Origin: Antedon mediterranea
Taxonomy: Eukaryota > Animalia > Echinodermata
DNA: 64,000 bases
Reading direction: 5' to 3'
NCBI RefSeq assembly: GCF_964355755.1
Contig: NC_092679.1
Location: 5,114,201 to 5,178,200, forward strand
This document shows positions 51,384-64,000 of the stretch, one piece after another. Both the position numbers and the translations under genes were made by a program. The notes beneath the pieces are model-generated. The model did no database searches. It was not told where the DNA came from and saw nothing but the letters and a program-made list of their open reading frames with translations. Every line of letters begins with the position of its first letter. Position 1 is the first letter of the stretch.

Positions 51384-51617
51384 AGCGTGGTTCCCACATG
51401 GACGTAACGCATGGACGTAACGCAATGCAAGTGAATTGACCAATCACAAGCGATGCTTATTCGCTTGTGATTGCTAACTGTCTATAACTTCGGTTGCCAT
51501 TGGTTAAAACGCTTGCGTTGCGTTTACGTCCCTGCGTTACGTTCTAGTGGGAACCAAGCTTTAAAACGCTTGCGTTGCGTTTACGTCCCTGCGTTACGTT
51601 CTAGTGGGAACCAAGCT
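51384..51617 (+). mobile_element. MITE family A copy with a perfect 57-bp tandem duplication of its right end
   Basis: Element 51384-51560; 51504-51560 is repeated exactly at 51561-51617, giving two right TIRs. Confidence 0.88.
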
Positions 51618-54184
51618 TTATATTGCACTTATATTAATACTTTAAGATTTATTTGAAAAACTAAGAAATTATAAAAAACGATATAAAATATTCTGGTTGT
51701 GATGGGCAGGAAATTTTTCATATGAGCTAATCTAGAAAATGGACTACATGACATTAGATTGCAACAAATAAATTGATATTTCGTTTACGGACATTTGTAA
51801 AGAATTGTAATGATTGATTTTAGCAAAAGAAAGATTTTGTATGTAGAAAAAATATTAGAATTTACTGCAGTTACTGCAGTACTTGCTCAAGTAAAACTAT
51901 AGTGTTAAATAAATAAGTGGCAAAAAAGCATTGAGGGCCTAACTAAGCATGGAAATTGTAGCAGGAAGATCATATGTGAAATTTTCTATTTCTTTACCTG
52001 TACATAAAATTTCGCTTTTCATTATAAATGTGTTTCATGTGTGATTTTCCTGACTAATAAGCATCAAAGTAAGCCCATTTGATAATGAGTGGTCAATTTA
52101 TCTTGATTATAATTCCACATTTGCAAGTAATACAAGTTATAATATATACATTTCAACTTTTTAGGTACTCCCATTTCTATCTACTTTTACTAATTTTGAT
52201 TAATAACCGACGACATGGAAATAAGTCTGTACCCTAAAATATAAATAAATGAATGAAAGGTTTTCAATTCAAAATAACCACTAATCGTTCACCTCAAAAA
52301 TCAATGTTTGTCAAATAAGGTAATTAATATCTTGTTACAAGAAGTTGATGCACAAGAAAAGCAAATTATTTGAAAAATTCATATTAATAACGATCATAAT
52401 TTTTGTTGATTTGAATTTCAAAATGTATATGACATAAATGCAGAAGAATGATGGTCAATTTTGTCTTGAAAGTTTATCCCCACAGAAAATCAATCCAAGG
52501 TTACAGCTTAATAATGATTGTTGTTTAAATAAAAGTAATTTAAAGTACATTTTTAAGTGCACTTTTTGAAATTATGTGACTTCAAGAATAAGCCACCAGC
52601 CTAGGCAATATAACATTTATGTAACAGTCCTAATTAATTGTTCTTTTCACTATGCATAGGCTGGAAATGTTATTCAATATTAGTGGATCAATAATGAATT
52701 TGAGCAGGTCAAAATACTTCTTGTTAATTTGAAAATACATTATAGATGTTTAAAGGAATAGAGCAACCACTGATACGCACCCAGCAATTTAATTCTAGAA
52801 TTGTACAGCAAGCATTTTAACAAAATGGATACAACATTGTAGAAAATACTAATGTTGTTCCTATACAAAAAAATATATTTATTTATCGTTATTGTTTTTC
52901 ATGTTTTCTTTGACGTTCCTGAAATATTTATTTAAAAATCTGTAATCTGATTAAATTAAAAAAATTTAGATTAATAAAATTCAGTGATGATAGTATATTT
53001 AAGTTTTAAGTTCAATACTACAAAAATGGACTCTTTAGTGGAACTTAAGAATGGATAGAAATACTAAGAACAGAACCAGTTGGACATAAGGCGCGAGACC
53101 ACAGGTTAAAGAGCTTCAACCACAAAACAAACCGCAAATAAGTAATGTACAAATACTGTGGCTTATAGTTACACAGGTTAACGTCATTAAGGTATCTTAT
53201 GTTATAAACAATGTTTCCTTATTCACAATTTATTCAATGATTTGAACCTACACATTTGAAAGAAAGAAGTTTTAAGGAGGCTTAACCATTTGAGAAAAAT
53301 ACAAGTGCTGTACTGTCACTATACCTATTTTATAATATTGAAAAAAATGTATTTGTTATACAGTAGCATTTTATTTCCAGTTTTTGGTGTTTTATAATGA
53401 TATCTGTGCCAAATTAAAAAGCAATTTTTTATGTTTAAAAAATAAACAACTGAGAAATTGTTTGTTAGAAGCAAACGGTAAGCTACTATTTGAACGAAGA
53501 AAGCAACAAATTAGGAAAATCTACATTTTGAGGAAAATCATTAACAAATAGAGCAACGTTCCATAAAAAATATATTCATTATATAATTAAAAAAATAATT
53601 ATTCAAAATTTCATCAAAGTGTCAAGATTCTAATTAAAAATACAATACATGGGCAACTAACCGATTTATTTTTATACTTTCATAAACTGTAATAATAACA
53701 CGGCGAAGGTTAAGTAGCGTATACAGAAATTGATTACTGGCCTGTCACCTCCGAGTCTGAGCCAATTGACATTGTAGCAACATGTTTAGATTTAGACCAT
53801 TCATGTGAGAATACTGCGTATTCTGATTCTGTCCAATAATTAAACAACGCTCCTATAATATCCACAAATGATTCTATACATTTAATGTCAGGCATGTGCT
53901 TTCTGTTTTACGATTTATAAATATTACAATATTCCCTAAAGGTAACTTTTTTCCTGGACAATTCCCCGATACACAATTAACCCAATTTAGACTCACTCAC
54001 TAAGATAAAATTAACCATGGTATTGGTTGCGTATATTAGATTGGAAATAATTGCATTGGACTTTTTTTCTATAATTTCTTAGCCTATATTTTGATTGATA
54101 TTACAGTTTTTGAGATTGATAAAAAAATGTTTGTCTTTTATAGGATCATACTAAACATGTATATATATTTATATAGGTAAAACT

Positions 54185-54370
54185 TAAAAAAAGAGATAAG
54201 GGAAAGGGAAGAAAAGAGAGAAAGAAAAGTGAAAGGAGAAGTAAGGGGAAAAAAAGAGAGGAACAAAAAAATAAATAAAATAAAAAAAAAATAAAAATAA
54301 AAAATAATAAAAAATAATAATAATAATAATAATAATGATAATTAATAATAACAATTATAAATAAATAAGG
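54185..54370. repeat. Polypurine tract followed by (AAAAT)n/(AAT)n microsatellite
   Basis: Direct reading of low-complexity sequence. Confidence 0.8.
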
Positions 54371-56522
54371 CAGTCAGTTTCTCTCTGTAAAAGAATAACT
54401 AAATAGAACAATAATACACAACCAAATACAGTAGAGCTAGCAAAACAGAGTTGGAGGAGCAGAGTCTTCACATATGAAGTTGGCTCCTAATACGAAGAAG
54501 AAGAAGAAGAAGAAGGATACAGTGAGTAAAATGGACAAGAAACATTTTTAATTAAACTACGGAATAAGATACGTACCACAGTAGGACTATTCTTATTTAA
54601 ACTGAAATAAAAAAGAAGTTAATTGTGATGTAATAAAAGATAAGATTCACTGATTTAAGATAAATTATTTATTTATAGTTATTATATTTATAACACAAAA
54701 AACAGGTTGTTACAGGTTCAATAACATTTTCAAAATTTTGTATATTGAGTTTTTTTTTTTAAATAAACGTTTCTTAAAGTTTGATAGATTTGAAGAGCCA
54801 AATAAGAAATGAAAAATCACGAACCCCCACCCTTATAAAAAAAATGTCCATTTGATAAATTTCCAACCTTCATATTGACTGATTAAAAATACAAGAAATC
54901 CATCTATCAAAAATATATTAAAGTTCTAGATAACCATCTGCTAAAAATAAATTTCTGAGAAAAAACAATTTTATTGATTGCTGGTTTATGCTGTGGATAT
55001 TATGCTGTGGTCATTTCCTACGAATTGACCCCACCTTAGGATGTAGGGGTCAGTAAGTAAACACTCGGACCATATGCTAATACACATTACGTTAAGATGT
55101 TGATAGTAATAACAAACACACGACACAATAGAATGAAATTAATTTTATTTAGCAAATCATTTTAAAACTCTTTTAAAGTGAAGTTTTTTTTTAAAGGTGA
55201 AGTAAAATAAGTCCTTTAAGTTTATATTGTAAAATTGTTTTTAGTTAGTAAGTTGCTTTTCAGTTAATCATAATATCACAAAGCATTGTATTTTATCTCT
55301 GTAAACACTCTATGTATTTCAGCCTTTGGCTGCCTTGTATGGCTTAACTGTATGAAATTAATATACAGTACCTATATAATATCATCATTTAAAAAGTTTA
55401 TATTACCTTCTCTTGCTGATATAGGTTGAACTGATTTCAACATGCACTGTATACAAACACTATAAAATGTAGATTTCTTTTTATACTACATCTATTAACT
55501 TTCTAAAAGGAAAACCAAAAACAAAAAACAGACACTTTCAAGTCATGTTCTACAATATTCTATTTTACTACTGAAGTAGTGCACTGTATAAGGAAATGTC
55601 AATTAAGATTATTTATAATTTTTTTTTCTATTTTTAGTCAGACAATTCTGAAACAAATCAAGTATTAATTTGTGTACCTTTGTTTCAATACAAAAGTGGG
55701 TTTCTGCCTTTAATGTTCTAATATAAAACTCTTTTCTGGCATTTGTTCTAATTTTTAAAGTGCCCCATAGAACATTGATAATTAAGATATCTACTGAGTT
55801 TGATATTAATTCTCAAAGCCTATATTTCAAAGTAATGACACAACGATATCAGTTTCCTTCAGAGGCTCTCTGACCTAAAATGTCTCTTTTTCCGATAGTC
55901 CAATTTCTTTAGGATAAGGTTTAAATAGGTATATAATACCGGTGCCCAAATTACCATTATATTAATACATTAGTACTCAAACCCATCCTTAAGTAGGAAC
56001 TTAATAATAAATACGAATGTTTTAATGAAGGACACTAGATATGTATAAGGGCACTTATTTGTACCATTAGTAAGTATTACTATTAATTAACAATCACTGT
56101 TAGTTAGTTAGTATATTAATGCTTTTTTTTATTCTGTTTTTATTTCATTTCCACGGATGTGGGATGAGATTCCGGTATATATAACAGACATGTTTATTTA
56201 TAATGATTGCAATTTTTATTCTGTTTTATATAAATTCTATGTTACCGGGTTGTTAAATGTTTATCCTTGTTAATGTTATTTTGCCACCAGCACTATCAGG
56301 AGAGTCTTTTATAGCGATATTTTTTGCTTTTTGACAATCCGCCAGGATAGTGTTCTGCGCTTTTTCTCTGCTTGTTGTTGTTCTATGTTATTTACGCTTT
56401 TTGTATTGTTTTTGTATTATTTTTTCTGGATAATAAATGAAATTTCATAGAGAAAAAGAAACCACCCACCAACACAGCACAGTTATTATCAAGCTTTAGA
56501 ATTGACATTTGTTCTATTTTAA

Positions 56523-56661
56523 AGGTAGGGTTCTCACTTGGATGCAAGGATGTAAGCGCACAAAAAGTAATTTGACCAATCATAATGTAGTGGATCAGCC
56601 AGGCTGTTGCTTCTGATTGGTCAACTTACTTTTGCGTTGCTTCCTAATGGAGACCAAGCGT
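56523..56661. mobile_element. Diverged MITE family A copy
   Basis: ggttctcacttgg ... ttgaccaatca...tgattggtcaa ... ctaatggagaccaagc. Confidence 0.65.
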
Positions 56662-58133
56662 TGCGGAATGGAAGATGGTATTGCTTCTTATTTCTAAAGT
56701 TAAAGAATATTGCCAACAACTTTCTGTTTTGTGGTATGTTAGTAAAAAATTTGGAAAGCAAATCATTCCACCTTTTTACTACGAATCTCTATAACTGTTT
56801 CTCCACATCATTTATATACAGTATTATATGCAAGTTATGTAATACAGAGTAATATATGTATCACATGTGATACCTGTATTATTATGGTATGATACAGTAC
56901 ATATGAGTACAATATACAATATACTGTATACTGTACAATATTGTACTGTACAAATGATATACAGTACTAAGAGTTGGCTACAGTATACCCCAGGATATGT
57001 TACGCTGGTCAGCGTTATACAGTATTAACACACAGAGAAAAAAAAGAATAATAATTTGACATTAAAAAAAATAGCTACCAGTTCTGTATATTCTATTAAA
57101 GTACAACAATCTCATGAAAAGAAATCTTAAAGCAATTTTGTAGTAGAGTTACTGCAGGAATTATGTAAAGTAGAAAGTACTTTACTGTACAGTACAGTAT
57201 TCCTGCTTGACTGCACCTGTTGTCTTTTCAATAATAACAATGCTGTATCAATTTTATTGTAATACACTGCAGCGCATGCAGTAATGACATACTAGAAGCA
57301 TGTAATATACTGCACTGTAGCTCTTATACTACAGTGTGTAGTATAAAGAATTCTCCAGACATTTTGTGTAAGAACTTTTTGGTCAAGCTCATACACTGTA
57401 CTCTTATAAATGCTTCTCACTTTTCATTTTTTTGAGCTAAGATTGAAATAATACAAAGACCTATTGTTTCCTATGTAAACATCTACTTAGTAATGGTAAA
57501 TTTGATTCCATCATTCTTTTTTTGTAATGTGCCTTTTTATCCCTCATTTTATCAACACTCAAGATTCTACTTGACTCTTGACTTCTAATACAGTAGCAAT
57601 TATTGTTAGGAATTATTGTTAAAGTTTTCTGAACAATAAAATACAGCAGGTTAAAGATGTTTGGCGGGTGGTCGGGGTGCGCATGACTAAGTATCACAGG
57701 TCAGAAATAATAAAACATATTTGACCTGAATTTGGTGCTTTGTACGAATTTAAAACCATCACATTTTATGCACTTCTATTTTTAGATTTATTTCTTGGTA
57801 CTGTAGTATATGGACAATTTGCAATTAATTAAAAAAAGGAAAAGTTGTCAATGACAACATTTACTTATTAAATAACTTAGTATGGGTGTTAAATGTTATA
57901 ATTTGAGTTTAAATGATAACTATGATATATGTTGTTAAATGTAGCATGTTTAATGTTCTCTTTGAAAGAATCACATTATGATATTAAAAGCTTTTATTAA
58001 AATCCTAGTAGTAATGTCTATCCACAGTTATACTATCATTGCATTAAGTGTATACTTACTAATTTATCATTGTAATGTTAAATTATTAGCTGCCCAGTGT
58101 TTGACAAATGGCAGACAAACTTTTGAAAGTCTG

Positions 58134-58395
58134 ATATCAACTTTTGCAGCAAGAGAAATATCAACTTCTGCAACAAGGTAGGAGTTATCAACTTTTGCAA
58201 CCAGGTAGGAGTGATGGCCTATCAACTTTTGCAAGCAGGCAGGAGAGACATAAACTTTAGCAAGCAGGTAGAAGTTATTAACTTTAGCAAGCAGGTAAGA
58301 ATTATCAACTTTTGCAAGCAGGCAGGAGAGACATCAACTTTTGCAAGCAGGTAGAATAATGTCAAATTTCCAGGTTTGAAAATATCAACTTTTAC
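58134..58395. repeat. Minisatellite, about 26-28-bp unit
   Basis: Recurrent tatcaacttttgcaagcaggtaggag. Confidence 0.85.
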
Positions 58396-59117
58396 AAACA
58401 GTGCCCTCTCTAGTTTTAGCCCTATGTAAACTAGAAAACAGAATTGTTTGGTATTTTATCATCAAAGGATCTTCAATAAATTGGAACACATCCCCAAACC
58501 TCTTGACTCCAATAGAGATTGCCACAACTTTTCCAAGTATGTTTTGTAGCCCAAATCTGGCTATTACTAGGATAATAAATAAATATATTTAAAGATTTGT
58601 GTACTTGAAAATATTGTCTTTGCAAGATCAACTAAGGATCTATTTTTTATTTATGATGTCAGTAAATAAGAAACCTCGAAATAAACACTAGACCACTTTA
58701 GAGAATTAGGCATTACGCTTTTCACATTTAATTATATTCTATGTACTTCAAATGATTAAAAATTTAAATTATGAAAAATAGTGAACTTAATATTACAATT
58801 TTGGATTTTATTCTGGTTATGGAGTCTACGTCACTTTATGAAATAACAAGGCTAAGTAACCACATACGCTGTACACGGTTCACTGGTTTTAATGTGCTTC
58901 AAGATACGGGCAGATTACGGATTAGTCCGGCCTAGCATAAGCTAATGTAGCAATCCATCTTTTTATTGGACATTCTCAAGGTCATGCAAGACATTTTCTA
59001 ATGACTTGCTTCGTCACTCGTAAATTACTGAAAATTGCAACATTTGCATGAGAATTGATTCCCATTATTATTATTATTCTTATTCTTATCTCAATATTCA
59101 GACAGACTACTAAAAAC

Positions 59118-59418
59118 ATGATGATGATTATGATGATAATGATGACAATGATGGTGATGGTTATGATGATAAAGACGATGGTGATGGTTATGATGATGAA
59201 GACAATGACGGTGATTATGTTGATGAAGTCAATGACGATGATGATGATGATGATAACAATGATAGTAGTGATGATGATAATGATAACAATGATAGTGATG
59301 GTGATGATAATGATGGTGAGGATGATAATGACAATGATAGTGATAATGATGATAAAAATGATGGTGATGAAGATGTCGACAATGATGATCATGATTATGA
59401 TGATGCTGATGATGATAT
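59118..59418. repeat. Degenerate (ATG/GAT)n microsatellite
   Basis: About 300 bp of gat/ggt/aat/gac triplets; source of the poly-Met and poly-Ile ORFs. Confidence 0.9.
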
Positions 59419-62267
59419 TACAATCCAATAACCTGGTTCTAGTGTAATTATTTACAGTATTTATTACAGTATAAAGACTCACACAGCCCTTATCATATCC
59501 CTTTACCCAATCCTTCTCTAGAAAACATTGCATATTTTTTAGTCTGCATGATGATGAAAAACATTACAACATAATTCTAAAATCTATCTTGAGATAACAA
59601 ATTCATTAATTTTTTCCAAACTAAATTAACAAAATGGTTCATTTTCATAATTTTATGATTGATATTTCAAGGTTAAATGAAAACAATAACAAACTAATAT
59701 ATACTGTCTGTTTGAACAAGTCTGTACAAAAAAAAACTCTATTATCATACTATTTACACTGGTAGGTGACTGGACAAGTTAGTATTATGATTATTATAAA
59801 ATATTCAATAAAGTACTGGTATTTCAAGAAAAGCACTTATTCTATTAATTAGTAATTGTCCCAAAAGGCCAAAAAAATTGGGAAATTACTGAATTAACAT
59901 TTTCAAGCTTTATTGTATTGCCAATTAAAACATTAATATACAGTAAAAGTTTATTAATTACTAATACAATTTTTTTTTTAATATTCATTATTATTTCTAT
60001 GTAATTGTAAACAATTTTGTACTTAGTATTTTTATATTATTACTGTTCAGGAATAGGGACATTGGTCATGTATAAATGCAACACAAACCAAAAGTGGTGT
60101 TGGTAGTCTATAAGTGCTAGCTAATACTTGGACATTGGCATATTCTCTCTAAAAAGAGAGCTACAACTCGAATATTTAAAATTTATGAAACACCACTATC
60201 ATATAATGGTACATTCCATTAACTCTGCCCTCAGGTGGGAACATCCCAACACGCAACCATCATCATTTCTTTTCGAGAAATGGTAGAAGTAAAATGTCTC
60301 AATAAAGACAGCACATAATATAAATGATGATTTTGGTTTAGTTTTTGTGTAAAAATATTTCCACTATTTGCAGATTTGTTATAATATATTAATTATATAT
60401 AATTTCCAAGGACAGTACATATATTGACCAGTCATGCATGCAATCCATAAACAATACGTTGGGTGATGTAAAGCCATTCACCCTTCGTATAGTACAACTG
60501 CAGCTAGACAGTAAAATATTATTAACCCAATTATTTTGATATATTTAGAACAGATAATGCAAATATTCCCATTAGGACAAATGATGCATTTTCTCTGTGT
60601 AAAATTAAAGTTGAACAGACTTTGAAATATAGAAATGAATATAATAAATATAATAATAAATCGTAAAGATATGTTGAAATAAGGTATGATGTGGAACAAT
60701 AAAAATAGAGAGTTCCAGCGATTGTATATCTTTTGTTTTTAAAAGAATATACATTACAAAATACATACACATCAGTATTGCTATGTAAACTGTATATAAT
60801 ATAGAGTATAGAGTATTATCCCATGCCACAAATTTAATTAGGCTATATTCGGACACAAGACTGGTCAATTTCATTAATGAAATTCAAGGATAACCTCACC
60901 CCCTAATTTTCCTAAAACATCATAATTACCTAGTGGACTATACTCTGCCATACACTGTAAATCATAAAGGTAACATTTAATGTCATAAATAAACATTAAT
61001 GGTTGTTAATCAATGTTATACACAATATTATTAAAAGTACTCAATTTCTAAAAGCTATAGAAAAAAAGATTTTTAAATATATAGTTTATAAAAGGTCTTA
61101 CAGTATTATTAATATCAGACTCACCAAATATTTGCATATATACTAGCATCTATTTCATTTTATTGGTCTTGCAAATTTCATAAAGTGTTATTGCCCCTAT
61201 CTCATTATGTATCTAGATCAAATAAAGGTTATTGGCTGTGGCCATCAGTGGACAGAGGTGCTTTTAACCTTGGACTGACTTTCCATTCAAATGTACAAAG
61301 ACAATCATATTGAATTACTTCGGCAAGCGAGAGACAAATTACTCGATTAAAAATGAAGAAGGATCCTCTACAACAATCAACCACATCCATGACAAACTGA
61401 ATTTAAGACCTTGTTTTTAAAAATTAATTTATTAAATATTAATATTTTTTTAATGTTTTAATTATGTATGGACAAGTTTTCCACAAAAGAAATTTTGCCT
61501 ATATTTTAAAATAGAGTTTCCATGACATTGACAAACTAAATATTTTTTGAAATAATTTTATAATAATAATATTATTTGTTAATGTTTCGAAAATGATATC
61601 TTTAAATTAAATTATCAATAACAAAAAAAGTCGTATACTGTAAGAGTCGGCTTCAGCTCAGATTCCCATCAGATTTTATTGACCTGACTATGAGCATGTT
61701 GAATAAAAAATAATGGCGGGAGCTGTAAAAGGCTTCGTGAAAACAAAACATTGAGCAGCGATTTCATTTGATGGAGCCACAACCTGAGCAAGTGTGAAAA
61801 AAACTTTAGGATGGGATAAATATAAGTACTGTACGTTCATCACATATTCCACAATGAGGCAATAGTTACACAACACACCTTGTGTTAAGCAATTGGAATA
61901 ATCACAAGAGAAGTATTTTACTTTCACTTGCATTGACAATAGTTATTAAAATCAGATATTGACAAAATAATAATGATATATTGATTTAGTTAATGGAAAA
62001 TTACAAATAAGGTTAATATTTCTTTATCCTACATTAGGTTTCTCCCCAAACAGCAATAAGAAATAAATTTTATTTCCATATTTATAACTTTCCCTTGTTA
62101 ATAGTTTAAAATAATACTCTATTGCATCCACTATTACCCTCAAATATTATGTGGTTAAGACAGTGGAACTGTAATCAATAATAAATATCTGCCAGAGTTA
62201 TTCCTGTCTCAATCGGTTCGTGTGCACTTTTAAGAAGCTGCTACAACTTTTGAGATGAGTAAGGGTG

Positions 62268-62520
62268 TTTTTTTTTTTATAAATCATATTTAATGAGGGT
62301 GATCCATCCAGCAATTGCTGATCATTAGGGACCCTCAGAGGGAGAGGTTCAGAAGACAAACATACACAAGATTCTCTACATAAACAAAGTCTTATTACAA
62401 GTCTTTGGGAGTGGAGTTGTAATTGTATCCTTAGAAAAAATCCTGACATGTGACGGGACTTAAACCAAGGACTGTTGGAGTGGTAGCCAAGCATCATAAC
62501 CTCCAAGCCACAATTCCACT
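62268..62520 (-). mobile_element. tRNA-derived SINE, copy 2 (near full length)
   Basis: Minus strand: A box TGGCTTGGAGG, B box GGTTTAAGTCC, body shared with 38100-38308, poly-A tail at 62268-62278. Confidence 0.8.
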
Positions 62521-62744
62521 CTTAAAAAATGCATATATGCCCAATAAGGGTACAACTTTTGAGATGAGTAGAAGTTACCCTGTTAGTAGTTCACACAGTA
62601 ATGGAGAGAAAAGAAAATGCCAGATTTCATAACATTTCATTTCATATATGACATGACTCCTAGGAGAGGAACATGTAGTGTAACAAAAGTCGATATAAAG
62701 TTTGCGTACACCACGTGTATTAGTTCTGAAAAGAATTGTTGAGT

Positions 62745-62792
62745 TTCTCGACGTTTCGATCAATATGCTTTGATCATCCTCAGGAGTGAGAA
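62745..62792 (-). ncRNA. Minimal type I hammerhead ribozyme motif of the Penelope-like-element kind
   Basis: Minus strand: CTC-CTGAGGA-T-GATCAA-agcata-TTGATC-GAAAC-GTC-GAG, i.e. core CUGANGA, 6-bp helix II, GAAA, palindromic ACGT in place of helix III, GUC cleavage triplet and short helix I. Confidence 0.7.
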
Positions 62793-63677
62793 TGCAGAAA
62801 GTCCAGGAAAAAAAAAAAAAAAATCTAAGTTCACAGCACCATCCATCTAATGGCGCTATAGAAGATTTACAGTAGTACCAAAAAATTAGAATAAAATACA
62901 GTTTTAGCTAATGTTCAATTATTTATAAAATATTTTGGTTTTATTTGTATAATGGTTTTTGTTTAAATAATGAAACTATTACTTCTGCGCTACTGTACAG
63001 TACCTCCCACAAATACCCCTACCTTATATTTACTACCTGACCAAAATATTATTGGGTCATGTAATGAGTTTTTTTTATCCCATATCCTACAAAATCAACT
63101 GATATCAAACATTAACACATTATTATACTGATCTAAAAAATAAACGTACAGTAATAAATCACATTAAATGTAAAAATGTAAATAGTTAAACATTGGATTT
63201 CAGCTAGTAATACGTGTTTGAACCTCGGCGAGATTTTACCTTCTTTATCGTTGTTACTTAATCTTTAAGTAATGGTAGATGATTTTGCAATCGGTACACA
63301 CCTTAATGACGGTACTTAAGACAAAATGACTGATCCTAGGATTAGTAGGATTTATAATGGATTTAGTTGGGATTTACTTATAAAGTACAATGTGTGGTAT
63401 TCTGTAAGTGTGAAACTACTCTAAAGTTGTACTCTTTCAATCAACAGAAAACAAACTCTGTCTCTGCTGATGAAGATGCTATGCATTAAAACTAAAGAAA
63501 ATATAAAATTAGAGACTATTTTAAGTAAAGATGATGATAATTATGATCAAGATAAGTAAATGATGAAGAAAAACAACATCATGTTAAACATGCTAAGTAC
63601 TGCATGAATTAAAAGAAATGATATTATAAAGATGAAGATGAAATAAACATGTTAATTATAATAGTGACATTCCAAAC

Positions 63678-63785
63678 GTGATGATTATGATCGAAAGTGA
63701 GGATGATAATAAAATGATGATGATGATGGTAATGCTGATTATAATGATAATGATGATGGATAATGATGACAGCGGTGATATGACA
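63678..63785. repeat. Degenerate (GAT)n microsatellite
   Basis: Direct reading. Confidence 0.75.
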
Positions 63786-64000
63786 ACAAACTTTATTCAG
63801 AATAGAATTAAGCAAGTTCTCCAATTGCAAATGAATATGGTAAACATTGGCAAACCATGCTTATCGAGATTTCATTGGGTCTGTTTCTGCTGAAAAAATC
63901 AAAATAATCGATTTTTTCCAATCACCGCAAACCACAAAAATAATCGCGTTGCAATTGAAAATTGCTACGACTTTAATCGGTTATTCAGGTAATCGGTTTT

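Noticed and set aside
54450-54516. Small hairpin followed by (GAA)n, possible LINE 3' tip
   Set aside because: Too short and no coding motif to support a call.
58982-59533. Poly-Ile and poly-Met ORFs (also 63624-63893)
   Set aside because: Translations of (ATG/GAT)n microsatellites.
63885-64000. AATCG-rich segment resembling a transposon end
   Set aside because: Cut by the window edge; termini cannot be verified.

Overview
AT-rich eukaryotic (animal) genomic DNA, most likely from an invertebrate deuterostome: the last BCL11 finger reads SVYSTLEKHMKKWH as in vertebrates, while the repeats are invertebrate-like. The main feature is a minus-strand BCL11/CTIP-family C2H2 zinc-finger gene with two coding exons visible (22310-21969 and 20137-18066). 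I did not find its MSRRKQ-type first exon, so everything from 22.3 kb to the window end is probably one intron of more than 41 kb. The left end holds two candidate exons of an unidentified minus-strand gene (4001-3951, 1858-1733), with two tRNA-Arg(TCG) genes antisense inside its intron. The non-coding DNA carries several MITE families (TWA-target Harbinger-like, TTAA-target Kolobok-like and others), two copies of a tRNA-derived SINE, LINE 3' fragments (L2, RTE, CR1-like), minisatellites and CTCF-like motifs. The most notable element is a minimal Penelope-type hammerhead ribozyme at 62745-62792 (minus strand, sense to BCL11). Nearly all short ORFs in the supplied track look spurious. All calls were made by eye; no searches were run.
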